Source of the DNA: Chloroflexota bacterium
Lineage (GTDB): Bacteria; Chloroflexota; Dehalococcoidia; Lucifugimonadales; Lucifugimonadaceae
DNA length: 64,000 bases
Assembly (NCBI GenBank): GCA_036164085.1
Contig: JAYZJV010000056.1
Span: forward strand, 737 to 64,736
Direction: 5' to 3'
The translations under genes and the position numbers were made by a program. Shown here one piece after another: positions 50,621 through 60,934 of the stretch (position 1 is the stretch's first letter; each line of letters begins with the position of its first letter). The notes under the pieces are model-generated. The model had not been told where the DNA came from. It worked only from the letters and a program-made list of their open reading frames with translations, and did no database searches.

Positions 50621-50649
50621 TTGACACATGTCGTGTTAAGTATTATTAT
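50621..50649 (+). promoter_or_regulatory. Candidate promoter of hspR-grpE-dnaK (TTGACA-17 nt-TATTAT)
   Basis: Consensus -35 TTGACA at 50621-50626, a 17-nt spacer, TATTAT at 50644-50649. A near-palindrome GTTAATTAATTGAC (50612-50625) overlaps the -35. Confidence 0.5.
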
Positions 50650-50669
50650 ATGAATTAAGGAAGGTTGTT

Positions 50670-51110
50670 ATGGTAAATAGAGGCTGGATTATATCTAAGT
50701 CAGTTATGGTGTCTGATTTACGGTCAGATGATAACTTAACAAATGAATTTAACTCCGATCCAGTAGTTGGAGTGTATACAATTAGTGTTGCATCGCACCT
50801 TATTTCAATGCATCCCAATACTCTTAGAAAGTATGATAGAAATGGATTGGTTCGACCTTCAAGAACAGATGGTAGGAGAAGGTTATATTCAGAGAATGAT
50901 TTATTGAGGCTAAAAATAGTAAAACTATTGACTGAAAAATATGGATTGAATTTAGAAGGAGCAAAATTGGTATTGGCTTTATCTATGAGAATAAAAGAAG
51001 TAGTAAATCTGTTAGAACAAGGTGCAAATAATCAAGTATATAAAAATTCTGCAAAAATAGCATCCAAAGAATTAAGGCAACTGTTTTTAGATTTAGGTAT
51101 AAAAATTTAA
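50670..51110 (+). CDS. hspR: MerR-family heat-shock repressor HspR
   Basis: YTISVASHLISMHPNTLRKYDRNGLVRPSRTDGRRRLYSENDL is a typical HspR HTH. RBS aaggaagg upstream. Confidence 0.85.
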   Translation: MVNRGWIISKSVMVSDLRSDDNLTNEFNSDPVVGVYTISVASHLISMHPNTLRKYDRNGLVRPSRTDGRRRLYSENDLLRLKIVKLLTEKYGLNLEGAKLVLALSMRIKEVVNLLEQGANNQVYKNSAKIASKELRQLFLDLGIKI

Positions 51111-51112
51111 TT

Positions 51113-51613
51113 ATGGCAAAAGAAACAAAAAAAGATAAAGAAATCAAATCTCTTGAGAAAAAGATTATTGAAATCTCAAGTGAGAAAGATAAGTATTTAG
51201 ATATTGCACAAAGAGCTCAAGCAGATTTAGTAAATTATAGAAAAAAAGTCTCAATAGATAATAAGGAATCTGATGATCGGGCTCAAAGAAAAATCTTTAT
51301 GCAAATAATCAATGTTCTTGACCAAATGAATATGGCATTAACTTCAAAAATAGATAATAAATCGTTCAAATCTTGGATTAAAGGAATTGAATCCGTTAAT
51401 AGTAACTTTAAGAATCTTTTATCTAATTTCGATTTTGAGGAGCTAAATTTATCAAAAAATGAGAAATTTGATCCTAATAAACATGAGGCAATATCAAGAG
51501 TAGAAACAGACGAATTTGAAGAAGGAGAGATAGTAAGACAAGTTTCTCCTGGTTATAAACATAAAGATTATTTACTTAGACCAATTTTAGTAGAAATAGC
51601 ATTTAAGAAGTAA
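51113..51613 (+). CDS. grpE: Nucleotide exchange factor GrpE
   Basis: [11 protein letters not shown] coiled-coil motif and a C-terminal beta domain ([10 protein letters not shown]...[16 protein letters not shown]). Confidence 0.9.
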   Translation: MAKETKKDKEIKSLEKKIIEISSEKDKYLDIAQRAQADLVNYRKKVSIDNKESDDRAQRKIFMQIINVLDQMNMALTSKIDNKSFKSWIKGIESVNSNFKNLLSNFDFEELNLSKNEKFDPNKHEAISRVETDEFEEGEIVRQVSPGYKHKDYLLRPILVEIAFKK

Positions 51614-51633
51614 AAATTAAGAAAGGTGATATC

Positions 51634-53526
51634 ATGGCAAAAGTCATAGGAATTGATTTAGGAACTACAAACTCTGCAATGGCAGTTATGGAATCAGGGG
51701 AACCTGAGGTCATTGAAAACAATGAAGGAAAAAGAACTACTCCATCCGTAGTAGCTCTGAACACAAAATCTGATGAAAGATTTGTTGGAGAAACAGCAAA
51801 AAGACAATCTATCACTAACCCAGAAAATACAGTTTATTCTGCAAAAAGATTTATTGGGAGAAGATTTAATCAAGCTGAAATGAAAAAAGAAGGAAATAGA
51901 GTTTCTTATAAATTAAATAAAAGATCTAATGGAGATGTTGGTATAAAACTAGGAGATAATGATCATGCTCCAGCAGAAATATCAGCCATGGTTCTAAGAA
52001 AATTAAAAGAAGATGCCGAAAATAAATTAGGAGAAAAGATTGAACAAGCAGTAATTACTGTTCCTGCGTATTTTAATGATTCTCAAAGAGAAGCAACTAA
52101 AGTTGCTGGCCAAATAGCAGGATTAGAAGTTTTAAGAATAATAAATGAACCCACTGCAGCCTCATTAGCTTATGGACTTGATAAAGAAGGAGACAGAACC
52201 ATAGCTGTATATGATTTAGGAGGAGGTACTTTTGATATAACTATTCTACAATTAGGAGATGGTGTTTTTGAAGTGAAATCAACAAATGGAGATACTCAAT
52301 TAGGAGGAGATGATTTTGATAATGTAATAGTTGATTACGTTTGCGATGACTTCAAAAATGAAAATTCAATTGATTTAAAATCTGACCCAGCGGCATTACA
52401 AAGGATAAGAGTGGAAGCTGAAAGAGCAAAAATTGAATTATCTTCGGTGAATCAAACTGAAATTAATCTTCCGTTCATTACAGCAGATTCTAATGGCCCT
52501 AAACATTTACAATTGAATCTAAATAGATCAAAGCTTGAAGAACTCACAGGACAGCTAGTTGAAAAAACAGTTAAACCTACTTTATCAGCACTTAAAGATG
52601 CAGAAGTTAAACCTGGAGATATAGATGAAATTGTATTAGTAGGAGGAATGACGAGAATGCCTCTGGTTTCTGAAAAAGTAAAAGAACTATTTAAACAAGA
52701 ACCAAATAAAACGATTAATCCAGATGAAGTAGTAGCTCTTGGAGCTGCCATTCAGGCAGGAGTACTTCAAGGAGACGTGAAAGATGTTTTATTACTTGAT
52801 GTAACTCCTTTAACACTCGGAATAGAGACTTTAGGAGGAGTTAAGACTCCATTAATTGAAAGAAACACAACAATTCCAACTTCAAAAACAGAGACTTTCA
52901 CTACAGCTGCTGATAATCAACCTAGTGTTGAGATACACGTTGTACAGGGAGAAAGAGAAATGGCAAATGACAATGTTTCTATAGGAAGATTTTCTTTAGA
53001 TGGAATACAGCCGGCTCAGAGAGGGATCCCTCAAATTGATGTGACATTTGACATAGACGCTGATGGAATAGTTACAGTTATGGCTAAAGATAGAGCTACA
53101 AATAAAGAACAAAAAATTACTATTACTGGGCGATCAGGAATGTCTGATGATGAAATAGATAAGATTGTAAAAGATGCTGAAAAGTTTGCTGAAGAGGATC
53201 AGAAAAAAAAGTCAGACATAGAATCTAGAAATTCAGCTGAAGCAGTTATATATCAATCTGAAAAATTAATAAAAGAAAACTCCGACAAAGTTCCAGAAGA
53301 AGTTACATCTGAATTACAAAAAGAAGTAGATGATTTGAAGAGTGTGATTTCCAATGAGGAATCAGATTCTGAACAAATAAATGAAGGCATTGAAAAAGTA
53401 AATCTAGCTTTACAAAAATTTGGACAAAATTTACCTCAACAAGAAAATGATCCTTCAGACCCTACAAACACTGATGACAAATCTGATGAAGATGATACTG
53501 TTGATGGTGAATATAAAGAAGTGTAA
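51634..53526 (+). CDS. dnaK: Molecular chaperone DnaK (Hsp70)
   Basis: [27 protein letters not shown]. 630 aa. Confidence 0.98.
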   Translation: MAKVIGIDLGTTNSAMAVMESGEPEVIENNEGKRTTPSVVALNTKSDERFVGETAKRQSITNPENTVYSAKRFIGRRFNQAEMKKEGNRVSYKLNKRSNGDVGIKLGDNDHAPAEISAMVLRKLKEDAENKLGEKIEQAVITVPAYFNDSQREATKVAGQIAGLEVLRIINEPTAASLAYGLDKEGDRTIAVYDLGGGTFDITILQLGDGVFEVKSTNGDTQLGGDDFDNVIVDYVCDDFKNENSIDLKSDPAALQRIRVEAERAKIELSSVNQTEINLPFITADSNGPKHLQLNLNRSKLEELTGQLVEKTVKPTLSALKDAEVKPGDIDEIVLVGGMTRMPLVSEKVKELFKQEPNKTINPDEVVALGAAIQAGVLQGDVKDVLLLDVTPLTLGIETLGGVKTPLIERNTTIPTSKTETFTTAADNQPSVEIHVVQGEREMANDNVSIGRFSLDGIQPAQRGIPQIDVTFDIDADGIVTVMAKDRATNKEQKITITGRSGMSDDEIDKIVKDAEKFAEEDQKKKSDIESRNSAEAVIYQSEKLIKENSDKVPEEVTSELQKEVDDLKSVISNEESDSEQINEGIEKVNLALQKFGQNLPQQENDPSDPTNTDDKSDEDDTVDGEYKEV

Positions 53527-53535
53527 AGGGCATAT

Positions 53536-54393
53536 ATGAAAATTTATCAGGTAGGGAAAAGTGTTATTGTTCAAGAAGATAAAAGAGTAAAAAATATTAC
53601 TAAATTAAGACCTTCTATAAGTACATCCATTGATTTAATTAAAATTGCATTAAGTAATGATCTTAGTGTTTCTGAGTATTTGAAAAAGACTATGGACACA
53701 AAAGAAGGAAATAGCTCAAATAATTCCATTTTGTTAAATCCAAGAATCCCCATTGATTCACCTGAAACTTGGGCTTTTGGAGTTACATATGAGGATTCTA
53801 TGAAAGAAAGGCAAGCTGAATCTGATACACCAGATGTTTATGGTAAGGTATATGTAGCTGATAGACCTGAAGCTTTTTTTAAAAGTACTTTAGCGAGGTT
53901 AAAAGGTCCAAATGACAAAGTTGGAATTCGAGAAGATTCTACTTGGGATGTTCCTGAACCAGAACTGACTTTTATTGTATTTCATGGAAAAATCGTTGGT
54001 TTTACTGTAGGAAATGATATGTCTAGTAGATCTATTGAAGGAGAGAATCCTCTTTATATTCCGCAAGCAAAGATTTTTAATAATTCTGCTGCTATAGGAC
54101 CCTGTTGGGTCCCAATTGAATTACTTGATTATAATAACTTACACGTAGAAATGATAATCAAAAGAAATTCTAAAGAAGTTTTTTCTGGATCAGGGAACAC
54201 AAATTTAATGAAAAGAAAATGTGAAGAATTGAATGATTGGCTTCATAAGAGCAATGATATTCCAGATGGTACGACTGTTATGACAGGAACTGGAACTATT
54301 CCTCCAGAAGATTTTACTTTGAAAGAAGGGGATGAAATATCAATATCAATAGAAAATATAGGTACTCTAGAAAATACAGTTATAGAAGTTTAA
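53536..54393 (+). CDS. Fumarylacetoacetate hydrolase (FAH) family protein (2-keto-3-deoxy-acid dehydratase-like)
   Basis: C-terminal FAH fold signature (PEPELTFIV...GNDMSSRSIEGENPLYIPQAK...GTG). 285 aa. Starts 9 nt after dnaK. Confidence 0.7.
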   Translation: MKIYQVGKSVIVQEDKRVKNITKLRPSISTSIDLIKIALSNDLSVSEYLKKTMDTKEGNSSNNSILLNPRIPIDSPETWAFGVTYEDSMKERQAESDTPDVYGKVYVADRPEAFFKSTLARLKGPNDKVGIREDSTWDVPEPELTFIVFHGKIVGFTVGNDMSSRSIEGENPLYIPQAKIFNNSAAIGPCWVPIELLDYNNLHVEMIIKRNSKEVFSGSGNTNLMKRKCEELNDWLHKSNDIPDGTTVMTGTGTIPPEDFTLKEGDEISISIENIGTLENTVIEV

Positions 54394-55838
54394 GAAATAT
54401 TTATAACTCTAATTAAGTTTGTATTACCTTTCACTCCAATTGGAAGGCCAGCAACAACTACTATTGAATCTCCTTTAGATGCTAAATTTAATTCTTTTAC
54501 TATATTATTTGCATATTCAAACATTACTTCTATTTGATCAAAATTAGAAACATTGATGGTATTCACACCGTACCTTAATCCCAAATTTATTTCAGCATTT
54601 TGATCTGGAGACAAAGCAATTACAGGTTGAGATGGCCTGTAGGACGCTACTCTTGCAGCAGTTGATCCTGATTCTGTAAAAGCAACAATTAATTTGGCAT
54701 TTAGTTGCTCAGCAATTGTCGCTGCACCATGAGCTATTAATTCATCTACTAAATTGCTATTTTCTGAATTAATATTTTCTAGTCTAAGTTTTCTAATATA
54801 AGTATGATTTGTATCTTTTTCTGCAATTTCAGAGATTTCTCTCATAAATTCTACGGCTCTTACTGGGTAGTTTCCGACTGAGGTTTCACCTGAAAGCATT
54901 ATTGAGTCAGTACCATCTAAAACAGCATTATGGACATCAGTAGACTCTGCTCTTGTTGGTTGTGGATTTTCAGTCATTGATTCCAACATCTGGGTAGCAG
55001 TTATAACTTCTTTTCCTTTTTTATTTGAAAGATTAATTATATGTTTTTGGGCCGATGGAACCTTTGATATAGGAAGGTGAACTCCCAAATCTCCCCTAGC
55101 AACCATTACTGCATCAGAACTATCTATTATTTCATCCAAATTATCTAATGCTTTTTGTAGTTCAATTTTAGAAATAATCCTTAATTTCTTATTTCCAATT
55201 TTTTTCTTCACTCTTTTGATATCTTCAGAATTTCTTACATATGATAAACCTATATAATCAATATCATTAGAAATTACAAAATTTAGGGCATTTTCTGTTT
55301 CTTCAGTGAAGTAATTTAGCATTGAAGGGAAGCCTCTAGCAACGACAGCCTTATTGCTACTTATTTTTCCAGACAATTTTACTTTTGTTTCTATAATAGT
55401 TTTATTTATACTAGTCACTTCAAGTTCAACAGCACCATCATCTATCATTAGAATAGCACCTACTTCAATATCATTATTCAAACCAGATGGCCATATATTT
55501 AATTTCTTTGAATTAGAATTTTCATTATCGCATTCAAATAAAATATTTTGATTTTCTAATACATTAATTGATCCTTTTTCTATTTCACCAACACGATACT
55601 TCGGACCCGGAAGATCTGCCAAAATAGGGAGGTAAATTTTTCTGTTATCAGCAGCTTTTCTTAAGTTTGAAATAATCTTTTTATGATCATTTTCATTGCC
55701 ATGTGAAAGATTCATTCTTGCAACATTCATTCCAGCATCTATCAAACCTTCAATTATTTCGATTGAATCAGAAGAAGGTCCTATAGTACAAACTATTTTG
55801 GTTTTTTTAAAATTAGTTATATGGTTACTATTTTGCAT
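54390..55838 (-). CDS. pyk: Pyruvate kinase
   Basis: TKIVCTIGP, MNVARMNLSHG, MVARGDLGV, TQMLESM. 482 aa. Confidence 0.95.
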   Translation of the reverse strand: MQNSNHITNFKKTKIVCTIGPSSDSIEIIEGLIDAGMNVARMNLSHGNENDHKKIISNLRKAADNRKIYLPILADLPGPKYRVGEIEKGSINVLENQNILFECDNENSNSKKLNIWPSGLNNDIEVGAILMIDDGAVELEVTSINKTIIETKVKLSGKISSNKAVVARGFPSMLNYFTEETENALNFVISNDIDYIGLSYVRNSEDIKRVKKKIGNKKLRIISKIELQKALDNLDEIIDSSDAVMVARGDLGVHLPISKVPSAQKHIINLSNKKGKEVITATQMLESMTENPQPTRAESTDVHNAVLDGTDSIMLSGETSVGNYPVRAVEFMREISEIAEKDTNHTYIRKLRLENINSENSNLVDELIAHGAATIAEQLNAKLIVAFTESGSTAARVASYRPSQPVIALSPDQNAEINLGLRYGVNTINVSNFDQIEVMFEYANNIVKELNLASKGDSIVVVAGLPIGVKGNTNLIRVINIS

Positions 55839-55928
55839 AATTTAATTAAAACTTTTTCAGATATAGAATTCAATTAAGATTTATATATCGTATTATATAT
55901 TATAGAAGAGAATGTATTAGAGAGTGTT

Positions 55929-56630
55929 ATGCCTGAATTAAATCACAATTTTTTTCAATTACAAGAATATGATTTAAGTATTTTTAATATTCAAGACAAA
56001 TTAGATGTAATTTCAAAAAAATTAGAAGAAAAATTAGGAATTGAAGAATTCAAGGAAAAATTAAATTTAATAGAAGTGAAATTTCAAGAACTTACAAAAC
56101 TTCAAATACAAATTAATCAAATAATTGATCAAACAAGTAATGAAATAAATGAACTAAATACTACTTTGTATTCTGGGAAAATAAGGAATACCAAAGAAGT
56201 TGAAGCATTAGAATTTGAAATTAAAAATAATACAAAGAATCTAACATCTTATGAACTTAAACAGAATCAAGTTAATGAAAATATATCTAAATTAAATGGA
56301 ATAAAAGAAAATTATGAATTGAAAATTTTTTCATTAGAAGAAAAATGGATTGATTCAGAGAAAGAGTTTATATCTGCAATAGAAGAATTAAATAAAGATA
56401 AAGCTAGTATAGAAGAAAAAAGAGAAAAATTATCAAAAAATCTAGATAAAAAGCTATTAACTCTTTACGATTCTTTTATTCATAAAAATAGAAATATAGG
56501 TATTTCTAAACTTGAAAACAGAATAAGTACTTGCTGTAAAATTGAATTACCTAATGCTTTTATCGAAAAAATTAAAACAAGTGAACTACCTATAGTTTGT
56601 AACTGTGGCAAATCTTTAATTTCGGAGTGA
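55929..56630 (+). CDS. COG1579/DUF164-type coiled-coil protein with a C-terminal C4 zinc ribbon
   Basis: Long heptad-rich region, then CCKIELP...CNCGKSL. 233 aa. Confidence 0.7.
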   Translation: MPELNHNFFQLQEYDLSIFNIQDKLDVISKKLEEKLGIEEFKEKLNLIEVKFQELTKLQIQINQIIDQTSNEINELNTTLYSGKIRNTKEVEALEFEIKNNTKNLTSYELKQNQVNENISKLNGIKENYELKIFSLEEKWIDSEKEFISAIEELNKDKASIEEKREKLSKNLDKKLLTLYDSFIHKNRNIGISKLENRISTCCKIELPNAFIEKIKTSELPIVCNCGKSLISE

Positions 56631-56633
56631 TTT

Positions 56634-57743
56634 TTGAATTCATTAGCGATTGTTTATAACAAAAATAATAATGATGAAATTAATAAATTAAATGAATTCT
56701 GTCGTTATGAAAATATATCTTTAGATTATTTTTCACACGAAAAAAATTTCAAAAATATTTGTGATTTTATTGTTAAGAATAATGTATCTAAATTATTCTT
56801 AACTGATGCAAAGGTTTTGGATGAAGATCTAAAGTCTTTTACTGAAAAAATCATATCTTTGCATAAAATAAATATATCTGTTTTATGTGCATCTTATGAA
56901 TTTCCAGATCCTTTTCAGTTAGCTATTCGTACATTAAGTGTTAATGGTAAAGATCCAGAAAGAATAAATAAAATAAAAGACTCCATCAATAAAAAAGCTT
57001 CCAGAGGACAAGTTTTAGGAAAAATTCCGTATGGATACAAAAAAAACTCTTCAGGATTTTTTGAAGAAAATGTTGAACAATCAAAAAATGTAAGAAAAAT
57101 TTTCGATTTTTTTAATAATGATTTTTCCATTTCTGAGATAACTAAAGAATTGTCAATAACATCATTAAATGAAAAATGGTCCAATCAAAAAGTGAAACAT
57201 ATTTTAGAAAATGATTTTTATACAGGTATTTACAGAAGATACAATGTAGTTATTCCAAATTCTCACCAACCAATAATTAATAAACAAGATTTTGATAACG
57301 CAAACAAACAATTTAATAAAAATCAAAAAAGAATTTATAAAAAAAATTATTGGAATGGGATTCTTTTTTGCGGTTTATGTTTAAATAAATTATCAATAAC
57401 TAATCACAAAAACTCATGGGTTAAGGATGGTAATAAGAAAACCAAAATTTATAAATACTATAATTGTAAAAATACCAATAATCATAAAAAGTTAAAAATA
57501 AAATATGAAATATTAAATGAATTGCTAGATAAAAAATTTAATAAGGAAATGATTCAAGACCAAATAATTGAACAATCATATGTGTATAAACTAATTTCTC
57601 AATTATCCAATTCAAAAATACTTTTTGATGAATTTATTGATAAATTTGAAAAATTTAATAAATTGGATTCTGTAAAAAATAATCTTATAAAAAAAATCTT
57701 TATAAAGGAAATAGATACCGAAATTATCATTTCAATAGACTAA
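56634..57743 (+). CDS. Large-serine-recombinase-like protein with a degenerate (apparently inactive) resolvase domain
   Basis: Recombinase-domain motif GKIPYGYKK...NVRKIFDFF...ISEITKEL...KWSNQKVKHILENDFYTG and zinc ribbon FCGLC...YYNC. The N-terminal AIVYNKNNNDE replaces the usual AIYxRVS(T/S)xxQ catalytic motif. TTG start. Confidence 0.65.
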   Translation: MNSLAIVYNKNNNDEINKLNEFCRYENISLDYFSHEKNFKNICDFIVKNNVSKLFLTDAKVLDEDLKSFTEKIISLHKINISVLCASYEFPDPFQLAIRTLSVNGKDPERINKIKDSINKKASRGQVLGKIPYGYKKNSSGFFEENVEQSKNVRKIFDFFNNDFSISEITKELSITSLNEKWSNQKVKHILENDFYTGIYRRYNVVIPNSHQPIINKQDFDNANKQFNKNQKRIYKKNYWNGILFCGLCLNKLSITNHKNSWVKDGNKKTKIYKYYNCKNTNNHKKLKIKYEILNELLDKKFNKEMIQDQIIEQSYVYKLISQLSNSKILFDEFIDKFEKFNKLDSVKNNLIKKIFIKEIDTEIIISID

Positions 57744-57795
57744 ATTGGTTATAATGAATGAGTTAGGCTATAAAATTTTAGTTTTTAACAATTTA

Positions 57796-58145
57796 GATAA
57801 AAGAAAGACGAGTGATCGCTGGCCAATTTGCCAGAGGAAAGTCCGAGCACCACTAGGAAAAAGTGCCTGTTAACGGCAGGGCAGGGCAACCTGACGGATA
57901 GTGCAACAGAAAAAATACCGCCAATTTTATTGGTAAGGGTGAAAAGGTAAGGTAAGAGCTTACCACAAATTTGGTAACAAATTTGGTATTGTAAACCCCA
58001 CTTGGTGCAAGGCTAAATAGAGGGACGCTAAGTTTCCTAGACAGTCCCTGGGTAAGCTGCTTGAGCTAGTTGGTGACAACTAGCCTAGATGGATGATCAC
58101 ATCTATTTATAGAAACAGAACTCGGCTTATAGTCTTTCTTTTATC
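57796..58145 (+). ncRNA. rnpB: RNase P RNA, bacterial type A
   Basis: Conserved P4 strands GAGGAAAGUCCG (57834-57845) and ACAGAACUCGGCUUAU (58115-58130). Also AGGGUGAAA, GUAAACCCCA and ACAGAAA elements. Terminal P1 helix is GATAAAAGAAAGAC / GTCTTTCTTTTATC. Confidence 0.93.
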
Positions 58146-58174
58146 TTATAAAATAATTATTTACTCAAGATAAA

Positions 58175-59755
58175 TCAAGGAACTGCTTGACCAGCAAATA
58201 TTCCTGTACAATTTTCATTATTAACGGCTATACTTCCATTAACAATCACATAAGGAATTCCAATCGGAAATTGTTTAGCATCATCATAAGTCGCAGTATC
58301 TATAATCTTTTCTTCATCAAAAATTACTATGTCAGCAAAATATCCTTCTTTCAATAATCCTCTGTTGGTTAAATTAAAAGTTTTTGCTGGATTATTAGAA
58401 ACCCTTTGAATCATTTCTTCAAGAGACATTACATCAAATTGCCTTCTAAGCCTACCAATGAATCTTGGAAAAGTTCCGTAAGCTCTTGGGTGAGGTACAC
58501 TACCTAAAGGGATTGAGTCGCTTCCTATCATGTAATCAGGTCTAGATAAAAATTCCATAGCATCTTTACTTACCTGTCTCCATTTGGATATGCTTTCTGG
58601 AGGGACTTGCCAAAATCCTACTTGTAAATCTTGTTCAATTAATAAATCACAAATCAAATCTCCCATTGAAGTGTTTCTTAATTCAGAAAGTTCAGAAACT
58701 GTCATTCCTTCAAGTTCAGGGTTTTTGGGTAAATAAGAAAGTAAAGTTTGATCCATGTTACGTTTTTTATTTAGAGCAAAGCTTTCAATAATTTTTGATC
58801 GAGAACTTTTGTCATTCAATCTTTCTAAAATATCTTTTGGTCCACCTTCATGAGCCCAACTTGGTAAATTGCTAAGTAAAAATGAACTTCCTGTTGGGTA
58901 GGGATATAATTCTAAAGTACAATTTACTCCTTCATCTTTTGCCTTGTCAATTAATTCTAAAACTTTTGAAACTTGGCCAGCATTTTCTGCACTAGTGCGT
59001 GTGTGAGAAAAATGAACCCTAACTCCAGATCTTCTACCTATTTCAAGAGCTTCAGGAACCCCTCCTCCTCCAAAACCTCGATCAATGTTAACATCTCTTA
59101 GATGGGTGATATATACACCGTCTTTTTCTCTGACAACTTTACATAATTCAATTAATTCTTCTGTAGTGCTCCAAGCGTTAGGGTGATATGACATACCTGT
59201 TGCTAATCCCACAGCTCCTTGCTCTAATCCATCTTTAAGTAAGTTTTTTGCATGGTCCAATTCTTTCCCTTCTAAAGGTTTATCATAAAATCCAACGGAC
59301 TCCATTCTTAGTGCTCCATGAGATACAGGGTATGCTGTATTAACCGAAACCTTCTTATGATAATTAGATCTGAATGATCTTATACTACTCATATCAAGAT
59401 TTTCTGGTGGCATGCCTAGTATCCCACTTAGATATTTTCTTTGAATTTTATAGTTTTCAGATGAAAGAGGAGCATAAGAAAGACCATCTTGCCCTAAAAT
59501 CTCTGTAGTTACCCCTTGCCTTAAACTGCTAGCATGCTGAGGATTGATTAGCAAAACTCCATCATGATGAGTATGTGCATCAATAAATCCAGGAGAAATA
59601 ATTAGTCCATTTGCATTAATTATTTTTTTTGATTCTTTACCTGATGAGTCACCTATAAAGCTTATTTTTTCTCCTGATATCCCTACATCTGCTCTAAATC
59701 TATTTTGACCAGATCCATCTATAATTTCTCCATGTTTTATGAGTAAATCGAACAT
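58175..59755 (-). CDS. D-aminoacylase (N-acyl-D-amino-acid deacylase) family amidohydrolase
   Basis: GFIDAHTHHD metal motif. 526 aa. C-terminal beta-sandwich region typical of this family. Confidence 0.8.
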   Translation of the reverse strand: MFDLLIKHGEIIDGSGQNRFRADVGISGEKISFIGDSSGKESKKIINANGLIISPGFIDAHTHHDGVLLINPQHASSLRQGVTTEILGQDGLSYAPLSSENYKIQRKYLSGILGMPPENLDMSSIRSFRSNYHKKVSVNTAYPVSHGALRMESVGFYDKPLEGKELDHAKNLLKDGLEQGAVGLATGMSYHPNAWSTTEELIELCKVVREKDGVYITHLRDVNIDRGFGGGGVPEALEIGRRSGVRVHFSHTRTSAENAGQVSKVLELIDKAKDEGVNCTLELYPYPTGSSFLLSNLPSWAHEGGPKDILERLNDKSSRSKIIESFALNKKRNMDQTLLSYLPKNPELEGMTVSELSELRNTSMGDLICDLLIEQDLQVGFWQVPPESISKWRQVSKDAMEFLSRPDYMIGSDSIPLGSVPHPRAYGTFPRFIGRLRRQFDVMSLEEMIQRVSNNPAKTFNLTNRGLLKEGYFADIVIFDEEKIIDTATYDDAKQFPIGIPYVIVNGSIAVNNENCTGIFAGQAVP

Positions 59756-59757
59756 TT

Positions 59758-60933
59758 TTATTCTGATTGCCCTCTTTTAGCCCAATCCATTTTTTCAAAC
59801 ATATTTAAACCAGGATCTAAATTAATTCCTTCTTTGTTTTTATCAGGAGGATGAGAAAGAATAAATTCTTCATTCAACTCTATACCCCAACCAGGTTTTT
59901 CTGGAACACTGAAGAAGCCATCCTTAACTTCTGGGTAAAAATCAGCAGCTTCTTTAACAAATGGATCAGCAAAATCATTAAAGTGTTCTAAGATTTTTAC
60001 ATTTCTCAATGTTACACAAAGATGTATAGCAGCTAACGTAGAAACAACCCCTCCAACATTATGGGGAGCTACCATTATAGAGTAAATCTCTGCAGTTGAA
60101 GCAATTTTTTTTGTCTCAAATATACCACCGGTTTGTGTAATGTCTGGTTGTATGATATCTACAGATTTACTCTCCCATATTTCTCTAAATTCTGATGCAC
60201 CATATAATCTTTCTCCTGTTGCTATTGGAAGAGATGTTTGAATCCTTACTTTCTCTAAACTTGGATTGTCACTTGGCCTTACAGGTTCCTCAATCCATCC
60301 TATTTGTAGGTGTTCAATTTTGTTTGCTATTTCAGTAGCTTGGTGAGCTGCAAATCTTCCATGCATTTCTATCATCATTTGCATGTCATCTGTTATTGAA
60401 TCTGAGACAGCCTCTATTATTTCTAAGGACTTAAACAATTCATTTCTAGAAAGTTCTAAATCACCATTCCCAAATGGATCAAACTTTAATGCTTTATATC
60501 CTTTAGCAACTACTTTAGAAGCTGCTAAAGAGAAGCTATCGGGTGTTCTTTCAACTGTATACCATCCATTGGCATATGCTTGAACTTTATCTTGAACTTT
60601 TCCACCTAATAGCTTATAAACAGGTTGATTAGTTGCTTTACCCATAATATCCCAAAAAGCCATTTCTACCATAGCTAAACCGGTATGTACCACTTCTCCT
60701 GCTTTACCAAAATCAAGTAATGTAAATCTACGATACAAAGCTTCTATGTCAAAAGGATCATGTCCAATAAAATGCCTTTCAACATCTTTTAGATACTCAG
60801 CTACTGTATGAGTTTTACCCACAACTCTTGCCTCTCCAACCCCGACAATTCCTTCGTCAGTTTCAATAACTATGTATGATAAATTCCTCCAAGGAGTACC
60901 TAGCTGTAATAATCTAAATCCAGTAGTTTTCAT
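59758..60933 (-). CDS. Enolase-superfamily dehydratase (galactonate dehydratase / mandelate racemase subgroup)
   Basis: IVIETDEGIVGVGE, AFWDIMGKATNQPVYKLLGG, GWIEEP, ATGER. 391 aa. Second enolase-superfamily gene in the window after 16093..17274. Confidence 0.85.
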   Translation of the reverse strand: MKTTGFRLLQLGTPWRNLSYIVIETDEGIVGVGEARVVGKTHTVAEYLKDVERHFIGHDPFDIEALYRRFTLLDFGKAGEVVHTGLAMVEMAFWDIMGKATNQPVYKLLGGKVQDKVQAYANGWYTVERTPDSFSLAASKVVAKGYKALKFDPFGNGDLELSRNELFKSLEIIEAVSDSITDDMQMMIEMHGRFAAHQATEIANKIEHLQIGWIEEPVRPSDNPSLEKVRIQTSLPIATGERLYGASEFREIWESKSVDIIQPDITQTGGIFETKKIASTAEIYSIMVAPHNVGGVVSTLAAIHLCVTLRNVKILEHFNDFADPFVKEAADFYPEVKDGFFSVPEKPGWGIELNEEFILSHPPDKNKEGINLDPGLNMFEKMDWAKRGQSE

Positions 60934-60934
60934 A

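Noticed and set aside
50480-50670. A canonical HAIR operator (CTTGAGT-N7-ACTCAAG) upstream of hspR.
   Set aside because: It was not found by eye on either strand. Only a different near-palindrome overlaps the -35, and that is reported as a hypothesis in the findings.
55929-58145. The recombinase-like gene as an active mobile element or integrated island boundary next to rnpB.
   Set aside because: I saw no flanking direct or inverted repeats, no cargo or phage genes, and the catalytic Ser motif is missing. It is reported as a degenerate homologue instead.
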